A DNA stretch of 35,772 bases from a virus (IMGVR_UViG_2565956714_000004); one strand, 5' to 3'; shown: positions 1-9,654, numbered from the stretch's first letter. Notes: a model not told the origin generated them from the sequence alone. Numbers and translations are program-made.

Positions 1-1053
1 TTACGGGGTAATGCCAACCGCTGCCGCCACTTTGTCGCCACTTGGCAGCGTTGCCAGAGGATTGAAACGGAGCGCCGTTTCCAGATGATCCGGTGCCAGA
101 TGAGCGTAACGCATAGTCATTTTTATATCGTGATGTCCGAGGATTTTTTGCAAAGCAAGGATATTTCCACCCGACATCATGAAATGCGCCGCAAACGTAT
201 GGCGCAGAACGTGTGTCAGTTGACCGCGAGGGAGCACGATTGACGTTTTTTCCATCACGGATAAAAATTGAAAATAGCAGTCTGTGAAGAAATTGAACCC
301 ATCAAGCGCCATGATCTCTTCATAAAGCTCTTTACTGATAGGGATGCTTCTGTTTTTCTTCCCCTTCGTTCTTACAAAGGTAATTCGGTATTTAGTCACC
401 TGTGATCGGGTAAGGTTTATTGCTTCTCGCCAGCGTGCGCCTGTGCTTAAGCATATCTTGACTACCAGTGCCAGAATTGGGTCCTGACGTTTGCAATCAG
501 CCAGCAGTTCAACAATCTGCTCATGGGTAAGCCATGCCATCTCTTTTTCTGCGATGGTGAATTTTCGCATGTTCTCCAGTGGGTTTGGATACGACCATTC
601 GCCCAGGCGGGATAGTTCGCTAAAAACACTACTTAGATAGCTTTGCTCCAGGTTAATGGTGACCGGGCTTGCTCCTTTCTTCCATTTCTCGCTGAAGTAG
701 ATCTCACCTGTCAGGCGTTTATCTCGATAGTGGGCAAACATTTTAGAGGTGAGATCGGTTGCAAGGGGATTGCCCAGAGCGTCAACCATCAACAGCAATT
801 TATCATAGACATGCTGCCCAGCGGTTAGAGATTTACCATGTAGTTTGAACCATAGCTCAACCACGTCTTTCAGTGTTCGACGATCCACTGATTCTCCCAG
901 CCAGGGCTTTGCTTCGGTTTCTTCCATCGTATGGCGCTCAAAAGCCAGAGCTTCGCCTTTGGTGGCGAATTGTTTACGCACACGACGCCCACTACGTCCG
1001 GCGGGGTAACATTCGCAAAGCCATTTTCCTGTGGTGAGTTTTCGTACTGCCAT
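1..1053 (-). CDS. int: tyrosine integrase, P2/186 family
   Basis: Translation has the conserved C-terminal catalytic region (ICLSTGARWREA ... HVLRHTFAAHFMMSGGNILALQKILGH ... MRYAHL) and N-terminus MAVRKLTTGKW typical of P2-like Int. Start chosen at ATG 1051..1053 rather than the upstream extension in the ORF track; stop at 1..3. Confidence 0.9.
   Translation of the reverse strand: MAVRKLTTGKWLCECYPAGRSGRRVRKQFATKGEALAFERHTMEETEAKPWLGESVDRRTLKDVVELWFKLHGKSLTAGQHVYDKLLLMVDALGNPLATDLTSKMFAHYRDKRLTGEIYFSEKWKKGASPVTINLEQSYLSSVFSELSRLGEWSYPNPLENMRKFTIAEKEMAWLTHEQIVELLADCKRQDPILALVVKICLSTGARWREAINLTRSQVTKYRITFVRTKGKKNRSIPISKELYEEIMALDGFNFFTDCYFQFLSVMEKTSIVLPRGQLTHVLRHTFAAHFMMSGGNILALQKILGHHDIKMTMRYAHLAPDHLETALRFNPLATLPSGDKVAAAVGITP
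19..40. repeat. attL: attL core (direct repeat cgctgccgccaCtttgtcgcca)
   Basis: Matches 32918..32939 at 21/22 positions; lies inside the 3' end of int. Confidence 0.6.
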
Positions 1054-1239
1054 AAAAAATGCCCTCCAATAGAGAGCATTTTTACTGTATATATAACCAG
1101 TGTCAATGTATGAAATCCTGCGACCATACATCTCACTGAAGCCATAATGAAGTTGGCTATTTTTTGCTATGTGAGTATGTGACTTTTGCGGTTAGCCTGC
1201 GGCTCATTGTTATATTAGGCGCAGATATAAAAGCAAAAT

Positions 1240-1431
1240 TTATCGCGAGTTTTTAGTACAGATTTTTTTTGATTTACTAATAGTTCCATCATTGCAAACG
1301 AACTTTCCATCGGAGGTACAGTGAGAGACACCTCCCTTTTTCCCAGAACAAGGATAATTTTTAGCATAGGTAGTTAGTGGGTTTAATAACAAAGAGCATG
1401 ATAAAACCACAAAAAATACCTTACCAAGCAT
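1240..1431 (-). CDS. small secreted cysteine-containing protein (cargo/moron), 63 aa
   Basis: N-terminal signal-peptide-like hydrophobic segment ([23 protein letters not shown]) followed by ~40 residues with 4 Cys; strong RBS GGGAGGA upstream; AT-rich; sits between cI and int on the same strand. Confidence 0.5.
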   Translation of the reverse strand: MLGKVFFVVLSCSLLLNPLTTYAKNYPCSGKKGGVSHCTSDGKFVCNDGTISKSKKICTKNSR

Positions 1432-1446
1432 AGTTTCCTCCCGGTA

Positions 1447-2022
1447 TTACCTAACGTACTTAATTGTTAAACTTATAATTTTCCCAATTATTTCAACATC
1501 TTCTATCTTGCACTCGAAGGCTCTGCTTCCACCTTCAACGAAGATTCTTCCACCGGGTAAACGAGTAATATCGCGGATTGTTATTTCGCCATCAATACTT
1601 ATTACCCATTTACCGTCACGTATATCATCAAATTCTTTATCACAAATAAATTCAGAATTGTTATCTGTGATGACAAAAGGTTTTTTAAACGTAGAGGGTA
1701 GAAATCCCTTATCAAAAATATAAAAACCGTCTTCACGCAAGGCACCATCAGATAATACATATTTAGCAACTTCCATAGTATTTGTATTACCTGAAGTTTG
1801 CTTTGAACCATGTCCGGTTGTGAGCCAATTAAGCGAGGTGCCCGTTTCAAGGGCGCACTGGATTACCCATTCTGCTGGGAATGAGTCACGCATGTAGCGT
1901 GTGGCGAGTGTACTTTTAGAGATTCCTAAATGATCGCACAACGCCTGTCGAGTTTTGAATCCATAAGCTTCTACCATGCGCTCTATAGCGCCTCGTCCGC
2001 CTTTCTCCAAATTCATGGTCAC
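1447..2022 (-). CDS. cI: 186-type CI immunity repressor
   Basis: 191 aa, N-terminal HTH-like region (TRQALCDHLGISKSTLATRYMR) and C-terminal oligomerisation domain; position upstream of int, divergent from apl/cII. Confidence 0.8.
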   Translation of the reverse strand: MTMNLEKGGRGAIERMVEAYGFKTRQALCDHLGISKSTLATRYMRDSFPAEWVIQCALETGTSLNWLTTGHGSKQTSGNTNTMEVAKYVLSDGALREDGFYIFDKGFLPSTFKKPFVITDNNSEFICDKEFDDIRDGKWVISIDGEITIRDITRLPGGRIFVEGGSRAFECKIEDVEIIGKIISLTIKYVR

Positions 2023-2040
2023 TCCAAGTGAACTTTTATC

Positions 2041-2069
2041 TTGACGATTTCACTGTGCGATCGTATGTT
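2041..2069 (+). promoter_or_regulatory. candidate early lytic promoter pR (-35 TTGACG, 17-bp spacer, -10 TATGTT)
   Basis: Sigma70-like hexamers with 17-bp spacing in the cI/apl intergenic region, oriented toward apl-cII. Confidence 0.4.
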
Positions 2070-2141
2070 TACGGTGTTCACAAAATACAAACGATCCGTA
2101 TTCGTCCTGATTAATCATCATTAAACGAGGAATGTTGCATC

Positions 2142-2363
2142 ATGAGACCTAACATTTCAATCACTCTTACCACGCCTCATGTGACTATTGAACGCTATAG
2201 CGAGCTGACAGGGCTGTCCATCGATACCATCAATGACATGTTGGCTGACGGACGCCTTATCCGTCACCGTCTGCGCAAAGATAAAAAACGTGAAAAAGTG
2301 ATGATCAACATAGCAGCCATGACCGTTGATGCGCTTTCAGAATGCAATCTAAACCTTAATTAG
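2142..2363 (+). CDS. apl: Apl/Cox-like excisionase and transcriptional regulator
   Basis: 73-aa protein as first gene of the rightward early operon; HTH-like segment [21 protein letters not shown]; assignment is by position and size. Confidence 0.55.
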   Translation: MRPNISITLTTPHVTIERYSELTGLSIDTINDMLADGRLIRHRLRKDKKREKVMINIAAMTVDALSECNLNLN

Positions 2364-2395
2364 TTCGATTCTGAAATACATCAGAGGCATTGACC

Positions 2396-2905
2396 ATGTT
2401 TGATTACCAAGTTTCCAAACATCCACATTTTGATGAAGCCTGTCGTGCATTCGCATTGCGCCACAACCTAGTGCAACTGGCAGAACGTGCAGGCATGAAT
2501 GTGCAGATTCTGCGGAACAAGCTGAACCCAGCTCAACCTCATTTATTAACCGCACCAGAAATCTGGTTGCTTACCGATCTGACTGAAGATTCAACGCTGG
2601 TAGATGGCTTTCTGGCACAGATTCACTGCCTGCCATGTGTACCGATTAATGAGGTGGCAAAAGAGAAACTGCCGCATTACGTCATGAGTGCAACTGCAGA
2701 GATAGGGCGTGTCGCGGCAGGTGCGGTTTCTGGCGATGTAAAAACCAGTGCAGGCCGTCGTGATGCGATCAGCAGCATTAACTCTGTTACACGACTGATG
2801 GCGCTGGCTGCTGTTTCATTGCAGGCCCGTTTACAGGCTAATCCTGCGATGGCGAGTGCAGTTGATACCGTGACTGGCCTCGGTGCTTCATTCGGTTTGC
2901 TGTGA
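2396..2905 (+). CDS. cII: 186-type CII transcriptional activator
   Basis: Translation [45 protein letters not shown]... resembles 186 CII (recalled from memory); start at ATG 2396 after RBS AGAGG, not the TTG at 2390. Confidence 0.8.
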   Translation: MFDYQVSKHPHFDEACRAFALRHNLVQLAERAGMNVQILRNKLNPAQPHLLTAPEIWLLTDLTEDSTLVDGFLAQIHCLPCVPINEVAKEKLPHYVMSATAEIGRVAAGAVSGDVKTSAGRRDAISSINSVTRLMALAAVSLQARLQANPAMASAVDTVTGLGASFGLL

Positions 2906-2912
2906 GGTGCTT

Positions 2913-3113
2913 ATGCTGACGAAAGAACCATCATTTGCATCGCTGCTGGTAAAACAAAGTCCGGCAATGCACTACGGTCACGGCTGGATCATGGGTGAGG
3001 ATGGTAAACGCTGGCATCCGTGCCGTTCACAAGATGAATTGCTGGCAGAACTATCTACGAAAAAACGGGGGAACAAATGGCTATTGAAGGCGCTGCGGCG
3101 ACTGTTCCATTAA
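2913..3113 (+). CDS. hypothetical early protein (Fil/Dhr position), 66 aa
   Basis: ORF with RBS GAGGTG 4 nt upstream of ATG 2913; follows cII as in 186 early operon. Confidence 0.4.
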   Translation: MLTKEPSFASLLVKQSPAMHYGHGWIMGEDGKRWHPCRSQDELLAELSTKKRGNKWLLKALRRLFH

Positions 3114-3418
3114 GACCCGGTGAACGCCTGAATGGACTTAATCATATTGCGGAGTTAAGGGCGAAAGTTTTTGGTTTGAATATTGAGTCAGAGCTTGAGC
3201 GGTTTATTAAAGATATGCGTGATCCTCGGGATATCAATAATGAACAAAATAAACGGGCACTGGCTGCCATATTCTTTATGGCAAAAATTCCAGCTGAACG
3301 TCATAGCATCAGCATTAATGAGCTGACCACTGACGAAAAGCGGGAGTTGATTAAAGCAATGAATCATTTTCGTGCAGTGGTGAGCTTATTTCCCAGACGG
3401 CTAACCATGCCGAATTAA
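3077..3418 (+). CDS. hypothetical early protein, 113 aa
   Basis: ORF with GGGGG RBS; overlaps upstream ORF by 37 nt. Confidence 0.45.
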   Translation: MAIEGAAATVPLRPGERLNGLNHIAELRAKVFGLNIESELERFIKDMRDPRDINNEQNKRALAAIFFMAKIPAERHSISINELTTDEKRELIKAMNHFRAVVSLFPRRLTMPN

Positions 3419-3485
3419 CCAACTAATGAAATTAATGGCGTAAACCCGCCGGGCATCCCTTTATCTAAATTCAGGAGAATTGCTT

Positions 3486-3719
3486 ATGCGTAATATTGAA
3501 ACCCTCACGACCAAAACCGGACCGGATGATGCAGGTCTTAATCTTTTACTGACAGAGGCTCGTCTGGAAGAACGCCGGGCAAGGGCTGAAGCAATGGCTG
3601 CTCGCCTCGATAGCCTGGCGTGTCATATCACCTCCCGCCAGCTAAACCACGTCGAAGCGGCAGAACTGCTGCGTGTGACTGCTGAAGCAATCCAGAACGA
3701 AGCGCAGGAGATCCACTGA
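3486..3719 (+). CDS. hypothetical early protein, 77 aa
   Basis: ORF with AGGAG RBS upstream of ATG 3486; stop overlaps next start (TGATG). Confidence 0.45.
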   Translation: MRNIETLTTKTGPDDAGLNLLLTEARLEERRARAEAMAARLDSLACHITSRQLNHVEAAELLRVTAEAIQNEAQEIH

Positions 3720-3946
3720 TGGCTGATGCAATGGATCTCGTACAGCAGCGCGTTGAAGAAGAACGCCAACGCCATATCCGTGCTGCCCGTGCCAAAACGC
3801 CGGGCGTGTCCCGCGTGCTTTGCGTTGAGTGTGAAGCGCCAATTCCGCCAGCACGCCGCCGTGCCATTCCGGGTGTGCAGCTTTGCATTACCTGTCAGGA
3901 AATCGCAGAGCTGAAAGGCAAACATTACAACGGAGGTGCTGTATGA
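3719..3946 (+). CDS. TraR/DksA-family C4 zinc-finger protein
   Basis: 75 aa with CVEC...17 aa...CITC (C-x2-C / C-x2-C) typical of phage TraR/DksA-type zinc fingers; translationally coupled on both sides. Confidence 0.6.
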   Translation: MADAMDLVQQRVEEERQRHIRAARAKTPGVSRVLCVECEAPIPPARRRAIPGVQLCITCQEIAELKGKHYNGGAV

Positions 3947-4797
3947 GCACCATCCTGAAATGGGCAGGAAATAAAACCGCCATAATGTCCGAACTGAAAA
4001 AGCATCTTCCTGCTGGCCCGCGACTGGTTGAACCTTTCGCGGGTTCCTGTGCAGTGATGATGGAGACGGATTACCCCAGCTATCTTGTTGCGGATATTAA
4101 TCCTGATTTAATCAACCTCTATAAAAAGGTTGCTGCTGATTGTGAGTCGTTTATATCTCGTGCCAGAGCTTTATTTGAGGAAGCAAACAGGGAGGTGGCT
4201 TATTACAACATAAGGCAGGAGTTTAATTACTCCACTGAAATTACTGATTTCATGAAAGCGGTATATTTCCTGTATCTCAATCGTCACGGTTACCGTGGTT
4301 TATGTCGCTATAACAAGAGCGGGCATTTCAACATTCCCTACGGTAATTATAAAAATCCGTATTTCCCTGAAAAAGAAATTCGCGCATTTGCAGAGAAAGC
4401 CCAGCGGGCAACGTTTATCTGCGCCAGCTTTGATGAAACGCTGGCGATGTTGAAGGTGGGGGATGTGGTGTATTGCGATCCGCCTTATGACGGTACGTTT
4501 TCCGGCTATCACACTGATGGTTTCACTGAAGATGATCAGTATCACCTGGCATCTATTCTTGAACATCGGTCATCAGAAGGACATCCGGTCATTGTTTCTA
4601 ACAGTAACACGTCTTTGACCCGGTCCCTTTATCGTAATTTCACTCACCACTACATCAGGGCGAAACGCAGCATCGGCGTTGCAGCGGGGGAGGGAAAATT
4701 TGCAACAGAGATGATTGCCACTAAATCTGCTAATTGGTTTAGTGCCGATTTTAGTAGGGGACGTGACTCTACTGTTATTTTCGGGGTGCAAGTGTGA
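3943..4797 (+). CDS. dam: DNA adenine methyltransferase, Dam family
   Basis: N-terminal [11 protein letters not shown]-binding motif and downstream DPPY catalytic motif; start at ATG 3943 with GGAGG RBS. Confidence 0.85.
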   Translation: MSTILKWAGNKTAIMSELKKHLPAGPRLVEPFAGSCAVMMETDYPSYLVADINPDLINLYKKVAADCESFISRARALFEEANREVAYYNIRQEFNYSTEITDFMKAVYFLYLNRHGYRGLCRYNKSGHFNIPYGNYKNPYFPEKEIRAFAEKAQRATFICASFDETLAMLKVGDVVYCDPPYDGTFSGYHTDGFTEDDQYHLASILEHRSSEGHPVIVSNSNTSLTRSLYRNFTHHYIRAKRSIGVAAGEGKFATEMIATKSANWFSADFSRGRDSTVIFGVQV

Positions 4798-5624
4798 AAG
4801 AAATGCACCACGGAATTCATCATTTCCATGGGACGCCTGTCTGGGGAAGTGCTGGCGACGTTCATCGTATTGCGGTGAGCGGAGCTGGCGCTTTCGTCTC
4901 CTATGTACGACCAGATCAGATTGCGGCGTCCATTCAGCACGCTCAGGTCGTCGGCATTGATAACGGCGCATTTTCTGCATGGGTGCGTGGGCTAAAAATT
5001 AACTGGAGTGATTTTTATAAATGGCTCCTGAACTATTACCACCATCCTAAGGTCGCTTTTTTTGTCATTCCTGATGTTGTGGACGGAGGTGAACGTGACA
5101 ATGATGCCCTGATAAACGAAGTTCCGAAAATGTTCTACGGGAAGGCAACTCCCGTCTGGCATCTGCACGAGTCAATCGAGCGGCTTATCGAGCTATGTCG
5201 TGAATGGCCTCGTGTCTGCTTTGGATCGTCTGGTGAATATGCGGCTATCAGAACTGCGCACTGGCATCGTCGTATGCAGGACGCTTTTGAAGCAATTTAT
5301 TGCCGACACAATTTCAAAACAGCTGTTCATGGTTTGCGCATGCTTGACGGTCGTGTGTTGGGAAATTACCCACTGGCGACTGCCGACAGTACAAATCTTG
5401 CCTGCAATGTCCCCAAATTTAATAGCAAATATCCTGAGCTGACGCGGGCTATTCAGGAGGCTGAGTATTCGCGCAATCTGACGGAAAAGGAGCTGAAAGC
5501 TGTCATTCTGAAAAACCGTTGCGCAATTTTAAAAGGTGCAATTGAAGCTGTTCGCCCACCTTCAGTTTCTGATTGGCTGTCGAATGGTTTGCAGCCTTCA
5601 CAGCTCGAACTGGAGATTGCGTAA
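4794..5624 (+). CDS. unknown protein with TGT (queuine tRNA-ribosyltransferase)/DpdA-like motifs, 276 aa
   Basis: GTG 4794 overlaps the dam stop (alternative ATG at 4803). HGTPVWGS near the N-terminus and VGIDNGAFS resemble the TGT substrate motifs (TP-F-PVGT and D-S-G-G-F-Q); no CxCxxC zinc motif. Assignment tentative. Confidence 0.45.
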   Translation: MKEMHHGIHHFHGTPVWGSAGDVHRIAVSGAGAFVSYVRPDQIAASIQHAQVVGIDNGAFSAWVRGLKINWSDFYKWLLNYYHHPKVAFFVIPDVVDGGERDNDALINEVPKMFYGKATPVWHLHESIERLIELCREWPRVCFGSSGEYAAIRTAHWHRRMQDAFEAIYCRHNFKTAVHGLRMLDGRVLGNYPLATADSTNLACNVPKFNSKYPELTRAIQEAEYSRNLTEKELKAVILKNRCAILKGAIEAVRPPSVSDWLSNGLQPSQLELEIA

Positions 5625-7996
5625 TGAGCTACAGCTATTCCTGGAATGCTGAGAAAAAAGCAATCAATCCTTACGTAGAGACAGAAGAGCAATCTTCAGT
5701 TTCTGCGCTTTCAAACCTGATCGCTCTGTACGCTGCCGATAACGAGCAGGAACAGCTGCGCCGCGAGGCACTGAGTGATCAGGTCTGGGAGCGTTATTTC
5801 TTTAATGAATCCCGTGATCCTGTCCAGCGCGAAATGGAGCAGGATAAGCTCATTAGTCGGGCAAAGCTGGCGCATGAGCAGCAGCGTTTTAATCCAGATA
5901 TGGTCATTCTGGCGGACGTCAATGCCCAGCCTTCCCATATCAGCAAGCCGCTGATGCAACGTATTGAATACTTCAGCAGCCTGGGCAGGCCAAAGGCTTA
6001 TTCCCGCTATTTGCGTGAGACGATTAAGCCATGTCTGGAACGGCTGGAGCATGTACGCGACTGTCAGCTATCCACTTCTTTTCGCTTTATGGCAAGCCAT
6101 GAAGGGCTGGACGGCCTGCTGATCCTGCCTGAAATGAGTCAGGATCAGGTGAAACGCCTGTCCACCCTGGTAGCTGCGCATATGAGCATGTGCCTTGATG
6201 CAGCTTGTGGCGATTTGTATGTCACCGATGACGTTAAGCCAGAAGAAATCCGCAAGACATGGGAAAAGGTGGCAGCGGAAACCCTGCGTCTGGATGTCAT
6301 CCCGCCTGCGTTTGAGCAACTCCGCCGGAAAAGAAACCGCCGTAAACCCGTGCCCTATGAACTCATTCCGGGTTCGCTGGCGCGTATGTTGTGCGCTGAC
6401 TGGTGGTACCGGAAATTATGGAAGATGCGTTGCGAATGGCGGGAAGAGCAGTTGCGTGCTGTCTGCCTGGTCAGCAAAAAAGCATCTCCCTATGTCAGCT
6501 ATGAAGCCGTGATGCATAAACGTGAGCAGCGCCGTAAGTCGCTGGAGTTTTTTCGTTCTCATGAACTGGTGAACGAAGACGGCGACACGCTGGACATGGA
6601 GGATGTGGTAAACGCCAGCAGCAGCAACCCTGCGCATCGCCGCAATGAGATGATGGCCTGTGTTAAAGGCCTGGAGCTTATCGCGGAAATGCGCGGTGAC
6701 TGCGCCGTTTTCTACACCATCACCTGTCCGTCACGTTTCCATTCCACGCTAAATAATGGCAGGCCCAACCCAACTTGGACAAATGCGACGGTAAGACAAA
6801 GCAGTGATTATCTGGTCGGCATGTTTGCTGCATTTCGTAAGGCGATGCACAAAGCCGGATTGCGGTGGTATGGCGTGCGGGTGGCTGAGCCGCATCATGA
6901 CGGTACAGTTCACTGGCACCTGTTGTGTTTTATGCGCAAAAAAGACCGCCGCGCCATCACTGCATTACTGCGTAAGTTTGCCATCCGTGAAGACCGCGAG
7001 GAACTGGGCAATAACACTGGGCCGCGTTTTAAGTCTGAGTTGATTAACCCGCGCAAAGGTACGCCAACAAGCTACATCGCGAAATACATCAGTAAGAACA
7101 TTGACGGGCGTGGTCTGGCTGGCGAGATCAGCAAGGAAACGGGGAAATCCCTGCGTGATAATGCTGAATACGTTAATGCCTGGGCGTCTTTGCATCGTGT
7201 TCCGCAATTCCGCTTCTTTGGCATTCCGGGGCGTCAGGCTTACCGTGAACTGCGATTGCTGGCTGGTCAGGCGGCAAGGCAACAGGGGGACAAAAAAGCA
7301 GGTGCGCCGGTACTGGATAACCCGCGCCTTGATGCCATCCTGGCTGCTGCTGATGCTGGTTGTTTTGCCACCTACATCATGAAGCAGGGCGGCGTACTGG
7401 TTCCCCGCAAATATCACCTCATCAGAACCGCTTATGAAATCAACGAAGAGCCGACCGCCTATGGCGATCACGGCATTCGTATTTATGGCATCTGGTCACC
7501 TATTGCAGAGGGCAAGATCTGCACTCATGCCGTGAAGTGGAAAATGGTTCGTAAGGCCGTTGATGTTCAGGAGGCGGCAGCCGACCAGGGCGCTTGCGCC
7601 CCTTGGACTCGTGGCAATAACTGTCCCCTTGCTGAAAATTTGAACCAGCAGGAGAAAGATAAATCAGCTGATGGGGACACCAGAACGGACATTACCCGCA
7701 TGGATGACAAGGAGTTGCACGATTATCTGCACAGTATGAGCAAAAAAGAGCGCCGGGAACTGGCTGCAAGGTTACGCCTGGTTAAGCCGAAACGGCGTAA
7801 AGACTACAAACAGCGAATTACAGATCATCAGCGACAGCAGCTCGTCTATGAACTGAAGTCCAGAGGATTTGATGGCAGCGAGAAAGAGGTCGATTTACTC
7901 CTTCGCGGTGGCAGTATTCCGTCAGGAGCAGGCCTGCGTATCTTCTATCGGAACCAGCGTTTGCAGGAAGATGATAAGTGGCGGGATCTGTATTAA
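5624..7996 (+). CDS. A: replication initiator (gpA rolling-circle endonuclease)
   Basis: [15 protein letters not shown] (HUH metal-binding motif) and [14 protein letters not shown] (active-site Tyr region) match P2 gpA; start at ATG 5624 (TAATG overlap with upstream stop). Confidence 0.85.
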   Translation: MSYSYSWNAEKKAINPYVETEEQSSVSALSNLIALYAADNEQEQLRREALSDQVWERYFFNESRDPVQREMEQDKLISRAKLAHEQQRFNPDMVILADVNAQPSHISKPLMQRIEYFSSLGRPKAYSRYLRETIKPCLERLEHVRDCQLSTSFRFMASHEGLDGLLILPEMSQDQVKRLSTLVAAHMSMCLDAACGDLYVTDDVKPEEIRKTWEKVAAETLRLDVIPPAFEQLRRKRNRRKPVPYELIPGSLARMLCADWWYRKLWKMRCEWREEQLRAVCLVSKKASPYVSYEAVMHKREQRRKSLEFFRSHELVNEDGDTLDMEDVVNASSSNPAHRRNEMMACVKGLELIAEMRGDCAVFYTITCPSRFHSTLNNGRPNPTWTNATVRQSSDYLVGMFAAFRKAMHKAGLRWYGVRVAEPHHDGTVHWHLLCFMRKKDRRAITALLRKFAIREDREELGNNTGPRFKSELINPRKGTPTSYIAKYISKNIDGRGLAGEISKETGKSLRDNAEYVNAWASLHRVPQFRFFGIPGRQAYRELRLLAGQAARQQGDKKAGAPVLDNPRLDAILAAADAGCFATYIMKQGGVLVPRKYHLIRTAYEINEEPTAYGDHGIRIYGIWSPIAEGKICTHAVKWKMVRKAVDVQEAAADQGACAPWTRGNNCPLAENLNQQEKDKSADGDTRTDITRMDDKELHDYLHSMSKKERRELAARLRLVKPKRRKDYKQRITDHQRQQLVYELKSRGFDGSEKEVDLLLRGGSIPSGAGLRIFYRNQRLQEDDKWRDLY

Positions 7997-8088
7997 TTAC
8001 GCGGGTTAACAATTCGTGCTCTTAATAATACCAGGTATATCAGGCTGATGATCGTAAAAAAACGTTTTACATCAGTAAGATTATTATA

Positions 8089-8108
8089 TACTGTAAATAT
8101 AAACAGTG
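8089..8108 (+). promoter_or_regulatory. LexA (SOS) box TACTGTAAATATAAACAGTG
   Basis: Perfect CTG-N10-CAG core with AT-rich spacer, 40 bp upstream of the ORF starting at 8148. Confidence 0.6.
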
Positions 8109-8147
8109 GTTATGCATACAGTATTGCTTGGTGTCATAGGAGGAAAG

Positions 8148-8336
8148 ATGCAGGACTATTTTTTGGAGTCTTTGAAGCTCCAGCGCATTGATTTTTTTCT
8201 TAAGCTTGTAGCGGCTAGTGAGTGTAGTGATGAAGAGAAGGGGCTGGCTTTGCAGTGGGTTTCTGAACTAACAGATGAACTCATGGCAAAAATCAGAACC
8301 CACGAATACAACCGCTCAATGGATGTCATCAGCTGA
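8148..8336 (+). CDS. small SOS-regulated protein, possible Tum-like antirepressor component (62 aa)
   Basis: ORF immediately downstream of LexA box with AGGAGG RBS; same position as the 186 tum locus. Confidence 0.45.
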   Translation: MQDYFLESLKLQRIDFFLKLVAASECSDEEKGLALQWVSELTDELMAKIRTHEYNRSMDVIS

Positions 8337-8346
8337 GGTGACTTTT

Positions 8347-8580
8347 ATGCGCATTGAAATAATGATCGATAAAGAGCAGAAGATTAGCCAGTCTACCCTG
8401 GACGCCCTTGAATCCGAGCTTTACCGCAATCTGCGCCCCCTGTATCCCAAAACGGTAATTCGTATCCGTAAAGGTAGCTCTAACGGTGTGGAACTGACTG
8501 GACTGCAACTGGACGAAGAAAGGAAGCAAGTGATGAAAATTATGCAGAAGGTGTGGGAAGACGACAGCTGGCTGCATTAA
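8347..8580 (+). CDS. DinI-family protein
   Basis: MRIEIMIDKEQ...LDALESELYRNL...KIMQKVWEDDSW follows the DinI pattern (MRIEV ... W-x-D-W C-terminus); RBS GAGGTG. Confidence 0.7.
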   Translation: MRIEIMIDKEQKISQSTLDALESELYRNLRPLYPKTVIRIRKGSSNGVELTGLQLDEERKQVMKIMQKVWEDDSWLH

Positions 8581-8714
8581 GAAACGTTGCTGGCGTCTGA
8601 ACTTGTTTCTGGCGTCAGCAAGGTTGAACAACGAGCCCTTGTGAGGCGTTAGCTCTGTAGTGCATGTCTATGCCGCATGAGATCGCATGATCGTTTGAGG
8701 ATCGTTTTTGCTAA

Positions 8715-8740
8715 GGCCCGCCAGAACTGGCGGGCTTTTG
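8715..8740 (+). terminator. rho-independent terminator (GCCCGCCAG-aact-CTGGCGGGC + TTTTG)
   Basis: 9-bp GC-rich perfect stem, 4-nt loop, followed by T-run; downstream of the DinI-like gene. Confidence 0.55.
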
Positions 8741-8784
8741 CGTAGATCATGCAGGTGCATGAAAACCACTACATAAAGCGGGCA

Positions 8785-8803
8785 GGCGTGGCGGGGATAC
8801 GAG
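8785..8803. other. cos: candidate cos site (GGCGTGGCGGGGATACGAG)
   Basis: First 13 nt match the 186 cohesive end and resemble the P2 cohesive end, as I recall them; located between replication and packaging modules. Confidence 0.45.
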
Positions 8804-8958
8804 CGCGCGCAAGCTGGTACCATTATGTTGTTGGATTTCCGAAGTAGACCAGTTATGCCGTTTCTTCGTTAGGCTACTAGTAGCTGTGTGGATAATCTAA
8901 TATACTGAAAGAATGATTGTTCGTGCCAAATGGCGCATGAATTGTTCAGGAGGATAAA

Positions 8959-9654
8959 ATGGAATTATTATTTCAAAATTACCAAGCATCATATTTTACA
9001 AACAATTCTGATGTCACTGCTACACCGCCAGTGCTTTCGATGCTGTTGTCTAATTTGGCTGCGTTATCCCTTTTACCCATGTTTGGGCAGGAGTTGAATG
9101 CTTTAACAGGGGAAAAGCGTCAAATAGTTATTATGACTTCGCCTGACCAAAATTTTCGGGTTGAATTTCCCTTGGGGGCTATTGTCTTTCATGGAGTCGG
9201 CGGTTCCAGTGAAGAGTTCATAAATAAAGTTAAAGATATTATGAAGTCTTTACAGTCAATATTCCCTAATAAAAAAGCGACAAGACTGTCAGTTATTAAT
9301 TCATATTTTTATCATGATAGTCAGGATAATTACTCCAGGCTTTACAGAGAGCTATTCACTCATCGTAATGCAGAACCATTTGAATGGGATAATCGTATTG
9401 TTGAGCGAGTCAATTTGAAAAATTTAAATGAGAGTGTGAATAGTGGGAGTACTGTTCGTCGTTGTTTCATTCAGACTCCATTAGTAAATAATAATCATCC
9501 AACAGAAGTAATAAACTTTGAGGTGGATACAAATACATTGGCAGAAAATAATTCGCTTCGGTTTGATTTTAATTCTGCGAACTCTATTGTTAGTGAGTTG
9601 CAAGAAAATAATGCCAATTTAATTGAGCAATTATCTCGTTATACGAATAAGTGA
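8959..9654 (+). CDS. hypothetical protein, cargo operon gene 1 (231 aa)
   Basis: Long ORF in strongly AT-rich DNA, AGGAGG RBS; no recognisable motifs. Confidence 0.6.
   Translation: MELLFQNYQASYFTNNSDVTATPPVLSMLLSNLAALSLLPMFGQELNALTGEKRQIVIMTSPDQNFRVEFPLGAIVFHGVGGSSEEFINKVKDIMKSLQSIFPNKKATRLSVINSYFYHDSQDNYSRLYRELFTHRNAEPFEWDNRIVERVNLKNLNESVNSGSTVRRCFIQTPLVNNNHPTEVINFEVDTNTLAENNSLRFDFNSANSIVSELQENNANLIEQLSRYTNK

Noticed and set aside
1054-1131. N-terminal extension of the integrase (MYGRRISYIDTG...) in the ORF track
   Set aside because: Int family N-termini begin at MAVRKL...; the ATG at 1051..1053 fits, and the extension has no support.
5573-5623. Upstream extension of the replication gene A (MAVEWFAAF...) in the ORF track
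   Set aside because: Overlaps the preceding gene by 51 nt with no RBS; the ATG at 5624 gives classic TAATG coupling.
8106-8147. Upstream start (MVMHTVLLGVIGGK) for the small SOS-regulated ORF
   Set aside because: It would begin immediately at the LexA box; the ATG at 8148 has an AGGAGG RBS.
8275-8346. Upstream extension of the DinI-like ORF, and a single frameshifted tum gene spanning 8148..8580
   Set aside because: Each ORF has its own good RBS and the DinI-like sequence starts at MRIEI as in DinI proteins; a pseudogene cannot be excluded but two genes is the simpler reading.
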